Positions 26,870 to 37,229 are shown, numbered from the stretch's first letter. The stretch: DNA of 64,000 bases from a candidate division FCPU426 bacterium (GCA_003152075.1 PLZG01000064.1:31-64030), one strand, 5' to 3'. Translations and numbers: made by a program. Notes: generated from the letters alone by a model not told the origin.

Positions 26870-27415
26870 TTACTTAAAAAATTTTTCCCGATAAAACTTC
26901 AGCTCCTCCACCGTCTCCAAAATGTCGTCCAAGGCCTTGTGCTTTTGTTTTTTGTTGGGCGCCTGGAACTCAGGCCCGTACCAGCGTTTGACCAATTCCT
27001 TGATCGTGCTCACGTCCACCAGGCGATAGTGCAAATAACTTTCCAATTTTGGCATATATTCAATGAGGAAACGCCGATCCTGGTAAATAGTGTTGCCGCA
27101 AAGGGGACTGCTCTTCGGTTTGCAATGTTGGGCGATGAAATCCAGCGTCTGTTGCTCGGCCTCAGCCAGTGTGATTTTCGAATTTTTTACCGCCTCGGTG
27201 AGCCCCGAATCCTTGTGGTGTTTTTTGTTCCAATCATCCATGCCCTCCAGCACCGAATCGGGCTGGTGGACGACCAACGCCGGCCCCTGGGCCAGGAGAT
27301 TCAAGTTCTTGTCCGTGATGAGGGTGGCGATTTCCAGGATGACGCAGGTCTTGGGATCCAGGCCGGACATCTCCAGGTCCATCCACACCAGGTTGGTTTC
27401 TGCTTCAGCGGGCAT
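26870..27415 (-). CDS. orn: Oligoribonuclease
   Basis: LVWMDLEMSGLDP...LCGNTIYQDRRFL...HYRLVDVSTIKEL are DEDDh exonuclease motifs. The product is 181 aa. Confidence 0.85.
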   Translation of the reverse strand: MPAEAETNLVWMDLEMSGLDPKTCVILEIATLITDKNLNLLAQGPALVVHQPDSVLEGMDDWNKKHHKDSGLTEAVKNSKITLAEAEQQTLDFIAQHCKPKSSPLCGNTIYQDRRFLIEYMPKLESYLHYRLVDVSTIKELVKRWYGPEFQAPNKKQKHKALDDILETVEELKFYREKFFK

Positions 27416-27465
27416 TGGGATTCCTTTTTATTAATTGAATGGATGGCATTTTACTGGATCGGGTG

Positions 27466-27502
27466 AAATAAAAAAGCCCCTTCCCAAAAGGAAAGGGGCC
27501 GT
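27466..27502 (-). terminator. Rho-independent terminator after the PEBP gene
   Basis: On the minus strand the sequence reads GGCCCCTTTCCTTTTGGGAAGGGGCTTTTTTATTT. Confidence 0.6.
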
Positions 27503-27520
27503 GCTCCAACATTCAAATTT

Positions 27521-28150
27521 CTATCTCGCTTTTGGAAACAAGGAATAGGTGCACTTGAGCGTGGTTTTATCCAGCACCAGGCCGCTCCCTGTCAAGGTTT
27601 TCAAGACGTCCTTGCAGGTGAAGCTGCCCTCGACCGGGCACCTCTTCTCTTTCAGGGCGTAGAGGGTGAAGACGTAGTTGTGCAGTTTCTCGTCGTTCCA
27701 GGGTGGGGCAGGCCCGTCATATCCGGAATAGGTCCCTTCCATGGCCGCGTTCCCCTTGTACCATTCGGTGAAATCGTTGATGGCCATCCTCGTGCCGCGG
27801 GCTCCGGCCGGGCCGGGCTTGCCCTTGACCGTGACTTCCTTGCTGAACTCGCCGGGCTGGATGAAGGTCTTGGTATCCAGATCCACCACCGCCCAATGGT
27901 AGAACTCAGTGCGGGGATAGTCATAGGGGACCATCTTTCCCACCTTGTTCACGAAATCACGGCTGGTCGGGGCGTCGGTGTCGTGCATGACCATGACGAG
28001 GGATTTGGTGCCTTCAGGCATTTCGCCCCAGGCGAAATTGGGGTTGCGGTTCTTTCCCAATTCCGCGTGATGGGTATTGTGGGGCTTGAGAAAGGCGTAT
28101 TCCTCCCGCAGGCGGCTGCCGTCGCTGACGCTATCGCTCCAGATTTTCAT
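27521..28150 (-). CDS. YbhB/YbcL-family PEBP (Raf-kinase-inhibitor-like) protein
   Basis: HNYVFTLYALK matches the family motif HRY.F.LYALD. The start MKIWSDS at 28150 is preceded by the RBS AGGAGGGAG. Confidence 0.7.
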   Translation of the reverse strand: MKIWSDSVSDGSRLREEYAFLKPHNTHHAELGKNRNPNFAWGEMPEGTKSLVMVMHDTDAPTSRDFVNKVGKMVPYDYPRTEFYHWAVVDLDTKTFIQPGEFSKEVTVKGKPGPAGARGTRMAINDFTEWYKGNAAMEGTYSGYDGPAPPWNDEKLHNYVFTLYALKEKRCPVEGSFTCKDVLKTLTGSGLVLDKTTLKCTYSLFPKAR

Positions 28151-28299
28151 TAAAATCTCCCTCCTTGGATTTTCGCACGAAAGACCACCCGGTATATAAA
28201 AGGATGGGTTCACCGCCCACTTCCCCAAAGGCGCTCATAGGGAAAATCCCCTATGTACCCGCAAAACCTTTTCGGAAATGGGCTCGGTAACTTTGAAGC

Positions 28300-30516
28300 T
28301 TAGCGGCCAGCGCCGCCGAAGACCCTTTGAATGGCGAAATCGGCGTTGTCGCTGAACATCTTGGCGGCCATAGGGTCGTACTTGACGGCCGCGCGCACCA
28401 GGTCCTTGGCCACATCGACGTTGTCCTTCGCGAAGGACATGATGGCGATCTTGGCCTCGCCCGGATCGGTCTGGGTCACCAGTTTCAGGATAGCCGCGAT
28501 GTTCTTTTCGGTCTTGTCGAACAGCACATAACGCAGCAGGATGGAGATCCTGCGTTTGCTGATCTTGGGCGAGGGGGCGATATTGTTGGCGATGGCGTTC
28601 ATGAAGTCGAGGTAGTCGGCGATCGCGTCGTCGCGGCTGGCCTCGTCCAGCGTGCTCTGGGTGGCGGCGAGGGAGAACTTCTTGTCCTTCCCCGTCCAGG
28701 AGACCTTGGTCTCCTTCTCGATCTTGCCCATGTAGTCGCCCATGAAGGTCCCGGTCCTGACCTCTCCCCGGTAGTCGTAGATGGGGTCCTTGGTCAGGTA
28801 GAGCGCGCAGAGGCGCAGCACCTGCACGTCCACCGGCGTGAAGGTCACGAAGGCGCCCTTGCGGACGGTTTCGCCGGAGACAAAGGACATAAGGAACCGG
28901 TCCTCGAAGAAATCCACGAAGTTGCGCAGGGGCTCGATCAGGATGGGGGGGATGATGTGTTTCCCCTCCCAGTCCCGGTTGAAGAGGTTGGTGTGGACCT
29001 TCAGGATCTTTTCCAGGGAGGTTAGGACGGCGGCGGGGGTGCAGAGGCTGTCCGCCAGGTTCCCCTCGTCGGGGAGCTGCTTAGAAAGAAGGATGCGGGC
29101 CGCGGAGAAGGGGACCCGCATGGGGGAGGTGTCGGCCGCCCTCACGCAGGCGTTGTTGGTGGTGTCGATGTCGGTGCGGATCTGGGCTATGACGACCTGC
29201 TCAAAAAGGGGCCCGGAGCTGGGCGGGGCCACCGTCACCAGGCCGGAATCCGCGTTGATGATCTCCTGCTGGCATTTGACGACACTTTGGTATTTCTCCT
29301 CCACCTGCTTGCCGTGCTCGGAGATCTTGCTCATCAGGGGCATGATCGGCGTGACCGCCTTTATCAGCTCCGCGGCGCTGGCCCCCATCTTCCCCTCGGA
29401 AGCCTTCAGCGCGGCTTTGTCCTGTTCGGTTAGTTGGTTGCCCTTGTTCCAGATGGCGGCCACGGCCTTAAGGTTATCCAAGGCGTTTTTGGCGCCTTGC
29501 CCCGTGGCGGCATTCAAGGCGGCCAAGACCTTGGGCGAATTGAAATCGATAGTACTGACGGACTGGATGACCTCTTTCTTGACCTGGTCCATCTTGCGCT
29601 TCCACTCGTCGCGGATCTTCTGGCCGTCCTCGGGGGAGGTGCGCATCATCACCTCGGCCTTGGCCATTTCCTGCTGGCATTTGGAAACCATCTGGTATTT
29701 CTCCTCGACCTGCCGGGCGTGTTCGGCGATGAGGCCCATTTGGCCCTGCAGTTCGTCCAACCACTTGGCCATGCCCCCGCCGGCCAGGCCGGTCTTACCC
29801 TCGAAGGCCTTGAGGAAGGCCAATTCCTGTTCCGCCGCGTTATCGCCCCTGCTCCAAATATTGGACACCTTCTTGAGGATCTCCATGGCGCTCTTGGCGT
29901 TCTTCCCCGCAGCCTCATTAAAGGCGATGATGAATTTCGGGAAGTTGGATTCCATCTGGGCAATGGACATGCTGACTTCAGTACGGAACTGGACCATCTT
30001 GCGCTTCCACTCGTTGACGACGTAGCTGTTATCGGAACCGGAGATATTGCGCAGGTCCCGCTCGCGTTCCTTGCCCATCTTGAAAGATGTCAGCTCGTTG
30101 CGCGCGATGGCCATGAACTTGTCGAACACGCAATAGGCCGGGGGGGTGATCGTCTCGGGGGTACGGCCCGAAAAGGTTTTTAGGAGGGATTCATAAAGAG
30201 GAGTCGGCAGAAGATCGATGGTCTTGGTTTCTTTCTCCAATCGCACCGTGATGACGTCGCCGATGGCCCCGGTGTTGAGGAAGGCGGCCTCTTGGGGGGT
30301 CAGTTCGTTCAGGCGGTTGGAGACGATCCAGTCCACCAGCTTGTCGTAGCCCCTACGCAATCTATCCGAACGTTGCTTTTCGGCGGTGGCGGCGGTATCA
30401 GCGTCGTTGGCGAAGAAAACGATATTTTCCTCGACCTGCTGCCTGACTTCGGAATCCACCCTCTTCATCAACTCTTCGTAGTGGGTACCGGTTACGGTTG
30501 AGGTCGCGGTGGACAT
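28300..30516 (-). CDS. Hypothetical cytoplasmic protein with internal ~115-aa tandem duplication (no recognisable family)
   Basis: The start MSTATS at 30516 is preceded by GGAGGC. Two homologous segments are present: EWKRKMVQFRTEV...QVEEKYQMVSKCQQEM and EWKRKMDQVKKEV...QVEEKYQSVVKCQQEI. There is no signal peptide. Local GC is higher than in neighbouring genes. Confidence 0.5.
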   Translation of the reverse strand: MSTATSTVTGTHYEELMKRVDSEVRQQVEENIVFFANDADTAATAEKQRSDRLRRGYDKLVDWIVSNRLNELTPQEAAFLNTGAIGDVITVRLEKETKTIDLLPTPLYESLLKTFSGRTPETITPPAYCVFDKFMAIARNELTSFKMGKERERDLRNISGSDNSYVVNEWKRKMVQFRTEVSMSIAQMESNFPKFIIAFNEAAGKNAKSAMEILKKVSNIWSRGDNAAEQELAFLKAFEGKTGLAGGGMAKWLDELQGQMGLIAEHARQVEEKYQMVSKCQQEMAKAEVMMRTSPEDGQKIRDEWKRKMDQVKKEVIQSVSTIDFNSPKVLAALNAATGQGAKNALDNLKAVAAIWNKGNQLTEQDKAALKASEGKMGASAAELIKAVTPIMPLMSKISEHGKQVEEKYQSVVKCQQEIINADSGLVTVAPPSSGPLFEQVVIAQIRTDIDTTNNACVRAADTSPMRVPFSAARILLSKQLPDEGNLADSLCTPAAVLTSLEKILKVHTNLFNRDWEGKHIIPPILIEPLRNFVDFFEDRFLMSFVSGETVRKGAFVTFTPVDVQVLRLCALYLTKDPIYDYRGEVRTGTFMGDYMGKIEKETKVSWTGKDKKFSLAATQSTLDEASRDDAIADYLDFMNAIANNIAPSPKISKRRISILLRYVLFDKTEKNIAAILKLVTQTDPGEAKIAIMSFAKDNVDVAKDLVRAAVKYDPMAAKMFSDNADFAIQRVFGGAGR

Positions 30517-30760
30517 AAAAAAAGCCTCCAAAAGGGAATGTGGAAAACTAGGAGGTGCATTATAGCAAAGGCTTTTGCTTGTTTAATCAATATTAAAGGG
30601 GTGAATTAGTGGCATCGCTGGTTTAAAAGGCGGGGGATTCAAGCGGAATTAAACTAAAAACACTCAGGTGTTTTTATTCCTTCTCTTTTCGTTAAACCAG
30701 ATGATATGAAACGTGGAAAAGTAACTGGTTTAAAAGCGAAGGATCGCAATAAGAGTTCGT

Positions 30761-31222
30761 CTACTTCAGGGTGGAGGGATCCAGGGTCCAAAGAAGTTTA
30801 AAGGTTTTTCCACGTTCGAAGGCGGCGATTCCGGCTGTAGGAAAGGTTAAGGACAGTCCCTCACCCCCCAAGAGGAGGCCAGCGAGGCCGGGTATGAATG
30901 GAAGATGGCTCACAATGAGGAGGTTTCCGCTGGAATGGTCTAAAATTTCCTGGTGGACCTGCTCCAAGTCCCCATCGGGAGATAAATCACTCCTCTTTTC
31001 GAGGGGGAGGGGTGGATTTTCCATGGCTTTCCAAACGATTTCGGCTGTTTGGATGGCCCTGGTTTTGGGGCTATGCCATATGGCGTCGAGTTTTAGGCCC
31101 TTTTTTCGGATGAGGTGCTCAACTACGCGAGCGACATCGGATATCCCCTTGGGTGTAAGAGAAGAAGGTTGATCGGGAGAGGAATGGGAAGCCTCCCCGT
31201 GCCGCATAAGGTAAAGAAGCAT
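30761..31222 (-). CDS. sixA: Phosphohistidine phosphatase SixA-like (histidine phosphatase superfamily)
   Basis: LYLMRHGEA is the RHG motif, followed by a second His in IVSHLP. The product is ~150 aa. Confidence 0.7.
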   Translation of the reverse strand: MLLYLMRHGEASHSSPDQPSSLTPKGISDVARVVEHLIRKKGLKLDAIWHSPKTRAIQTAEIVWKAMENPPLPLEKRSDLSPDGDLEQVHQEILDHSSGNLLIVSHLPFIPGLAGLLLGGEGLSLTFPTAGIAAFERGKTFKLLWTLDPSTLK

Positions 31223-31232
31223 AAAACGTCCT

Positions 31233-31817
31233 TTAATATTTGACCGCTGCTAATAGATCAAGTGACGGATTACTTTTTATCTTTACTTTAATACCAAACT
31301 TCCGATTGAACTCTTCCAAGTGTGTCCAGGACCTAAAATCCTTCATCCGATCAATATAAAACAAACCGTTCAAATGGTCGACTTCGTGCTGAACCACCCT
31401 CGCCTCAAATCCACGGACCGTTTTTCTTATCTTCTGGCCATCGGGCCTAAGGGCCTCAAAGGTTATTTGTTTAGACCTTGGTACTTTACCACGAAATCCG
31501 GGGATACTGAGGCACCCCTCCCAATCCCGAAGTTTAGCTTTGGAATAGCTCACGATCCGGGGGTTTAGGTAAGCTTGTAAAGGAAAGGCGGGGCGGGAGG
31601 GATAACGCCGGTTCCCCTGGCATTCCATGACAAACGCCCTCTGATTTTCGCCAACCTGGTTCGCGGCTAAGCCGACCCCCCCAGCGTGACGCATGGTCGT
31701 TACCATATTTTTTAAAAAAGACCGGAAGCGCTTAGCCTTCATACCCATCTTAGAAATAGAAAGGATTTTCTTTCGAAGGAGGGGGTTTCCGATTTTGACC
31801 AGTTTTAGTTTCATCAA
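31233..31817 (-). CDS. def: Peptide deformylase
   Basis: GVGLAANQVG, WEGCLSIPG and QHEVDHLNG are PDF motifs 1-3. Confidence 0.85.
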   Translation of the reverse strand: MMKLKLVKIGNPLLRKKILSISKMGMKAKRFRSFLKNMVTTMRHAGGVGLAANQVGENQRAFVMECQGNRRYPSRPAFPLQAYLNPRIVSYSKAKLRDWEGCLSIPGFRGKVPRSKQITFEALRPDGQKIRKTVRGFEARVVQHEVDHLNGLFYIDRMKDFRSWTHLEEFNRKFGIKVKIKSNPSLDLLAAVKY

Positions 31818-31916
31818 TGAAAGACGCTTTCATGAAAACATTCATTTAATTACTTCATTTTATTTAAAAAGCTAATACACTAACGCCTGCAATTTCCGAA
31901 AGGCCCAATATCAACC

Positions 31917-33323
31917 ATGTCCCAACAGTTTATTTCATTCCCCAAGAATTTCCTATGGGGAGCCGCCACCAGTTCTTTCCAAATCGAGGGTCATCCCCTG
32001 GCCGACGGGGCGGTGAAAAGCAATTGGTACGATTGGACAAAGACCCCCGGTAAAATCGCCGATAAAAGCGACGCGGATGTGGCTTGTGATCACTACCACC
32101 GTTATAAAGAAGACATCGCGCTCATGAAGCAGATGGGTCTGATGACCTACCGCTTCTCCCTCTCCTGGCCCCGTATCATCCCGGAAAGGGGAAGGGTCAA
32201 CGAGAAGGGGATTGATTTCTACCGTCGGCTGATCGAAGAGCTAAACAAATCGGGAATCACGCCTAACGCCACTCTTTTTCATTGGGAAGTACCCCGTTGG
32301 GCAGAAGGCGGTTGGGAAAACCGGGAAACCGCCCTGGCTTTCGCGGAATACGCCGAGGTGGTTTTCCAAAAGCTCGGCCAGGAAGTCCCCCTATGGGCAA
32401 CCCAAAACGAATCAGCTGTAACCGCCCAGTTGGGTTATCTTTGGGGTTACTTTCCGCCGGGCAAAGAAGACCGAAACGCTTTCGCGAAGGTAACCCATCA
32501 CCTAAACCTTGGCCACGGTTTGGCGGTACAACGCTACCGCCAAGCGAACCTTAAGGGCGAGATTGGCACGGTAGCGGCTCTGGGTCTTTTCAGCACTACC
32601 TCGAAAGAACAAGTTGACCGGGACCACGCCCAGCACGTACAGGACCTTCTAGTGGCGGCTTTCCTGGGTCCCATCACGGGCAAAGGCTATCCCGAATTCC
32701 TTTCCAAATTCTCCGGGGTTTCCCTCCGTGAATTCGACAAGGACCTCAAGGACATTGCGGTCCCCACGGACTTTTTGGGAGTGAACCATTATTTCCCCAG
32801 CTTTGCCCGCTATGCCCCCGGCCTCAACATTTTCGACAATGATTTCGCCATGCCCGACGGCCTCATGATCAACGACCTGGACTGGCCGGTAGTCCCCGAG
32901 GGCCTTTATGAACTTTTGACCCATCTTTGGAAGACTTACGAATTCAAAAAGATGATGATCACGGAAAACGGCCTTCCTACCCGGGATTCCTTGAGGTCAG
33001 AAAAAGAAACGATTGAAGATGATATGAGGGTTTATTACCTGGGCCATTACCTCGCCCAGTGCAAGCGCGCCATGGATGAAGGGGTGCCCCTCAAAGGTTA
33101 TTACGCTTGGTCCTTGATGGATAATTTCGAATGGTGTCATGGGTACGATCCACGCTTCGGACTGATCCATGTGGACTTCAAGACTCAGAAGCGGACTTTC
33201 AAGAAAAGCTCCAAGTGGTACCAAAAGGCCATTGCCGATGAAGGATTTGACCTGGCGGCCCTTCCGAAAAACCCGCCCTTCCGGGTTTTCAAGTCGCAAG
33301 GCGTCAAGGCCCGTAATTTCTAG
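31917..33323 (+). CDS. GH1 beta-glucosidase
   Basis: FLWGAATSSFQIEG, LFHWEVP, the catalytic acid/base TQNE and the nucleophile ITENG are present. Confidence 0.9.
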   Translation: MSQQFISFPKNFLWGAATSSFQIEGHPLADGAVKSNWYDWTKTPGKIADKSDADVACDHYHRYKEDIALMKQMGLMTYRFSLSWPRIIPERGRVNEKGIDFYRRLIEELNKSGITPNATLFHWEVPRWAEGGWENRETALAFAEYAEVVFQKLGQEVPLWATQNESAVTAQLGYLWGYFPPGKEDRNAFAKVTHHLNLGHGLAVQRYRQANLKGEIGTVAALGLFSTTSKEQVDRDHAQHVQDLLVAAFLGPITGKGYPEFLSKFSGVSLREFDKDLKDIAVPTDFLGVNHYFPSFARYAPGLNIFDNDFAMPDGLMINDLDWPVVPEGLYELLTHLWKTYEFKKMMITENGLPTRDSLRSEKETIEDDMRVYYLGHYLAQCKRAMDEGVPLKGYYAWSLMDNFEWCHGYDPRFGLIHVDFKTQKRTFKKSSKWYQKAIADEGFDLAALPKNPPFRVFKSQGVKARNF

Positions 33324-33388
33324 GCCGGAATTGAAGAGGGCTCCAGTCCCTTGAACCCCTTTGGGGTTTCACTGGTTATAATGTCCCC

Positions 33389-35062
33389 ATGAAAAAAAAG
33401 CCGGGTTTTCCCTGGAATATCCCAATCCATTCCTTCTTTTTTTTCCTATTCTTCGCCCTAATCTTCGCCCTCCAGGTCGTTCCGCGTTTGAAAGCCGATT
33501 CTCCCACTAATGACGAACCCGTGGATTTGGGAGACGGCTACTATTATTGGTTGGGAGACGTGATCTCGGATATCCGCCATCCTCCCTTCGCCAAAGCCCT
33601 CCAAGGCTTGCCCCTTCACTTCACCCGGTTGGAATCCAAGATTGGGACAAGGGCCATGACTTACGAGGGCCGAGACGCCTATTTTCTCTTCGGCCTTAAC
33701 CGGGACCGCTTTGAGGGAATGGTGGCTGCTGGCCGGTGGGTAACCCTCTTGTTCGGCCTGGTTCTAGGCTGGCTTTTATGGAGGATCACCCGGCAGGGCA
33801 GTATGGTCCTTTGTTTTTTGACCCTGGCGTTTTGGGCCTTCGAGCCCAATCTCTTGGCCTTTTCGGGGCTGGTACTTTCCGATATTCCCTTCACCTGCTG
33901 TTTCCTGGGAGCAGTTTGGGGCTTTCAGAGGGCGCTGGAAAAGCCGGGGTTATCCCGGGCCCTCTGGGCCGGTTTTTTCAGCGGCTTAGCCGTCACTTGC
34001 AAATTTTCAGGGGCCCTCTTGGCAGGCGTATTCCTCGTGTTGGAACTGGTCCGGCGCTGGGATGCTGGAAAGGGCAGGGGTCCAAAGCCGGAAAAAATTC
34101 AGGCAGTTTTTTCAAGGTGGGCGGCCGGATTTTTGGCTTCCGCCCTTTGGATTTTTGTTTTGTACTTGCCCGGAACGGTCAAAATGCCCGGACACCCCTG
34201 GCCCTTCCATTTCTTTTGGGACGGGTTCAGTTCCATGGCCGGCTATTCGGGCCATCCGGTCTTTTTCAAAGGTGTTCTCGCGCCCCTCTTTTATTGGGAT
34301 TATTACCCGACGGCTTTTTTACTGAAAAGCCCCTTTTCTTTCCTGATTCTTCTGGCCCTCGTCTTCAGTTTGGCCCTGCTGCGGAAAATCCAGCTACCAG
34401 CTTGGCAGTGGATTCCCCCAATCCTCTTCTTCCTGGCCATGCTGCCCTTTCATCAGATCGGTATACGGGAAATCCTGGCGGTTTATCCCTTTTTTATCCT
34501 CTTGGCGGCCAGGGGTGGGGAATGGCTTTGGCAGGAAAAAAGCCGATGGGGAGCCGTCACCGTTGGGGCCCTACTGGTTTTTCAGGTAGCGAGCGTAGGG
34601 CTTAGTTTTCCCCGGCATATCAGTTATTTCAACGAATTAATCCCGCCGGATAAAAAAAGTTATTGGTTGGGGGATTCTAATTTAGATATTGGCCAGGACG
34701 TCAAGCGATTGGCAAAAACAGCCGAGGAAAGGGGATGGGGCAAGGTGAAGCTGGCTTATTTCGGCTCGGCCGACCCTCGGCTTTATGGCATGGATTGGGA
34801 CTATTGGCGGGAATCGGATTTGGCCGGGCCCCAGCCAGGGTGGGTTTATGTGGTCAATGATGCGTTTTTTCAGCTGGGACCTGCCTTCCTCCGGAAGGCC
34901 GATCGTATTTCCAAAGGCTGGATCAGTGAAATGCCTCCCACGGGCCGGATTGGAGACACTTGGTACTATTTTGAAATTCCTGGCCGACCAAACCTGAAAG
35001 ATTCATCGCGGGTTTTGACTTCGGCCCCTTTTTTCATGACTCTTGATCGTTTAAACCAGTAG
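33389..35062 (+). CDS. GT-C membrane glycosyltransferase (GT39/GT83, PMT/ArnT-like)
   Basis: It is polytopic. The first periplasmic loop carries NDEPVDLGDGYYYW...HPPFAKALQG (the DE motif typical of PMT_2/ArnT), followed by many TM helices and a C-terminal soluble domain. Confidence 0.6.
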   Translation: MKKKPGFPWNIPIHSFFFFLFFALIFALQVVPRLKADSPTNDEPVDLGDGYYYWLGDVISDIRHPPFAKALQGLPLHFTRLESKIGTRAMTYEGRDAYFLFGLNRDRFEGMVAAGRWVTLLFGLVLGWLLWRITRQGSMVLCFLTLAFWAFEPNLLAFSGLVLSDIPFTCCFLGAVWGFQRALEKPGLSRALWAGFFSGLAVTCKFSGALLAGVFLVLELVRRWDAGKGRGPKPEKIQAVFSRWAAGFLASALWIFVLYLPGTVKMPGHPWPFHFFWDGFSSMAGYSGHPVFFKGVLAPLFYWDYYPTAFLLKSPFSFLILLALVFSLALLRKIQLPAWQWIPPILFFLAMLPFHQIGIREILAVYPFFILLAARGGEWLWQEKSRWGAVTVGALLVFQVASVGLSFPRHISYFNELIPPDKKSYWLGDSNLDIGQDVKRLAKTAEERGWGKVKLAYFGSADPRLYGMDWDYWRESDLAGPQPGWVYVVNDAFFQLGPAFLRKADRISKGWISEMPPTGRIGDTWYYFEIPGRPNLKDSSRVLTSAPFFMTLDRLNQ

Positions 35063-35138
35063 GGATTGACGTGGTTGGCGAAAAGAATGATTTTGTATAA
35101 GGAATGGATTTTTGGGGCTGTAGTGAAGAATTTCATTT

Positions 35139-37229
35139 TTGTTATTTAGGAGTCGCATGTTTTCAAAATATGGATGGTTTGTATTTCTCATCCTCTATTT
35201 TTTGTTCGTGGCTTATTGGGTAGTTGGTTTGTCAGGACAAATCTCCTCCCTCCCCGACGTCTCTTTTTACTTTAAACCTTTAAAAAAAATTGTAGTCGAT
35301 TTTCTGGGGCAAGGTTCAGTCCCGTTGTGGAATCCTTACGTCGCTTGTGGAATGCCGCTTTTGGCGGATTGGCAATCGGCCTGTTGTTACCCTTTTACAT
35401 GGGCTGGGGCATGGATTGATTTTTCAAAGGGAGCTGAAAGCGTCTCGTTGCTTCATGAATTATTAGCTTTCGCTGGATTCTGTCTTTGGCTCCGGCTGAA
35501 TCGTGTCGGGCGTTTGTGGAGCGTGCTAGGGGCCATGGGATTTGCGGGTTCCGCCCATATGGTCATTTGTTGGGGATACAACAGCTTCCAAGCGAGCTTA
35601 ACTTGGGTGCCGTGGGTATTTTGGTCGGCTCAATCAGCCCTTGAACAAGGAGGGGTTCACCGTTGGATTCGAGTGATACTGATTTTTTCATTCCAATTGT
35701 TGGCGGGTTATCCACCTTTTTCTTTCTATACATTCATTTTTTTAGGAGTTTGGGCAGTCTGGCACAAGACTGGAATCGGGGCAAATCTTCGTTTGATGTT
35801 GTGTGGCTTGGCCGCCCTCTTGGTTACTTCGGCGCAATGGCTCCCTTTTTTGGAATTTTTATCGAACGGGCAAAGAACATTAGGAGTTGAATATCCCTAT
35901 CATTTTTGCGCCGAGGATTTTCGGAGGATCATAAATCCGTTCCAAGGACAAATCGGAAGTTTGGAATTCCGGGGGATGAATCAAAACGCTCCATATAATC
36001 CCTACACGGGGATAGCGGCTTTGGTTTTGTTGATTTGGTCTTTTTTTAAACCGTTTTCGGAAAAAATTAATTTCTGGAAGTGGAGCTCCCTATTTATTTT
36101 AATCTGGATGGCTGGACATAATGGGCCCGCAAATTGGTTGTTGCCGAGCGGGCTTTTAAACGCTTTCGAACCCGCCAAAGCGGCTTTTCTTTTTGTTTTT
36201 TGCGCGATAACGGCTTCGGCCCATCAAGGGAATGGATATTTGAATTCCAAGAAAAAGAATAAAAGTGTTTTTATTTTAATCATTGCTTTTGTTTGGGCGA
36301 TGGAGGTATTGGTTTTACCCTTTCGAATTAGACAGTATATGCCTGATCCTTATTTGGATTCGAGTGCCGTTGCCGCGGCGCAAGCGGTTCGAAACGCAGC
36401 TGGGGAGGGCAGGGTACTCCAAGTCATGACTTCCTTGGATTACTCTTTATTAGATCAAGAGGATTTGCCGAGCCGGATAAGGGATAGCGTTCATATGATG
36501 GAGCCGAATGTATCGAGCGTTTTCGGTATCCGGACGCTTGCGGGGCATCTTTCCCTCGTGGCCGATGGTTTCATGAATCTTGTTCGATATGGCAATAAAG
36601 CTTATCCTTATCGGGGCCGGCTTTTTGACATCGCGGGTGTAAGAGTATTTATTTGTAAGAGAAAAATGCCGCTTGATAAATATGAATCAATCCCTGCTGG
36701 TGAAAAAAATATTTTGAATATCAATCGAAAGGCTCTTCCGAGCCTTCGATTAGTGGACGGGGCCCACTATTTTGAAAATCGTCCGGCTGTTTTGGAGGCG
36801 ACAACGCTTGAAACCGCCAACGTTGAGAAAGAAGTCTATTTGGAAAAGGGATTGGGAGGGTTCGTGACAGCCCTTTCCCCGGCCCGGCGCCGATTGGTAT
36901 TTGATATTTCGGGCGAAAATAAAACTTCCCGATGTTCGCCCCAGCGGGCTTTGTGGCGCGGGGAAACCCAACCTGGTTCCTATGTCGTTTTTAATGAAAC
37001 TTTTTTTCCGGGCTGGAAGGCTTGGCTGGATGGGGAGCCGGTTCCCATCTACCGAGCTTATGGTCAGTTTATGGCGGTGCGGGTTGATCAGGGTTCGGTC
37101 CATCAAATCAATTTTGGCTATGAACCGGACACTTTCAAAATGGGCCTTTTTATTAGTATTTGTTCCGTTTCGGTTTTGATTGGATTGGGTTTGGCGGGGA
37201 TTTTCAGAATAAAAAATTCACTGGTTTGA
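35139..37229 (+). CDS. YfhO-family membrane glycosyltransferase
   Basis: PLWNPYVACGMPLLADWQSACCYPF matches the YfhO N-terminal signature. Multiple TM helices are followed by a C-terminal extracytoplasmic domain. Confidence 0.6.
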   Translation: MLFRSRMFSKYGWFVFLILYFLFVAYWVVGLSGQISSLPDVSFYFKPLKKIVVDFLGQGSVPLWNPYVACGMPLLADWQSACCYPFTWAGAWIDFSKGAESVSLLHELLAFAGFCLWLRLNRVGRLWSVLGAMGFAGSAHMVICWGYNSFQASLTWVPWVFWSAQSALEQGGVHRWIRVILIFSFQLLAGYPPFSFYTFIFLGVWAVWHKTGIGANLRLMLCGLAALLVTSAQWLPFLEFLSNGQRTLGVEYPYHFCAEDFRRIINPFQGQIGSLEFRGMNQNAPYNPYTGIAALVLLIWSFFKPFSEKINFWKWSSLFILIWMAGHNGPANWLLPSGLLNAFEPAKAAFLFVFCAITASAHQGNGYLNSKKKNKSVFILIIAFVWAMEVLVLPFRIRQYMPDPYLDSSAVAAAQAVRNAAGEGRVLQVMTSLDYSLLDQEDLPSRIRDSVHMMEPNVSSVFGIRTLAGHLSLVADGFMNLVRYGNKAYPYRGRLFDIAGVRVFICKRKMPLDKYESIPAGEKNILNINRKALPSLRLVDGAHYFENRPAVLEATTLETANVEKEVYLEKGLGGFVTALSPARRRLVFDISGENKTSRCSPQRALWRGETQPGSYVVFNETFFPGWKAWLDGEPVPIYRAYGQFMAVRVDQGSVHQINFGYEPDTFKMGLFISICSVSVLIGLGLAGIFRIKNSLV

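Noticed and set aside
28327-30183. Large plus-strand ORFs (232, 395 and 249 aa) overlapping the 738-aa minus-strand gene.
   Set aside because: They have GC-rich low-complexity products (runs of G/R/A/L) and no RBS. The minus-strand ORF has a clean RBS, a clear start and an internally consistent repeat structure.
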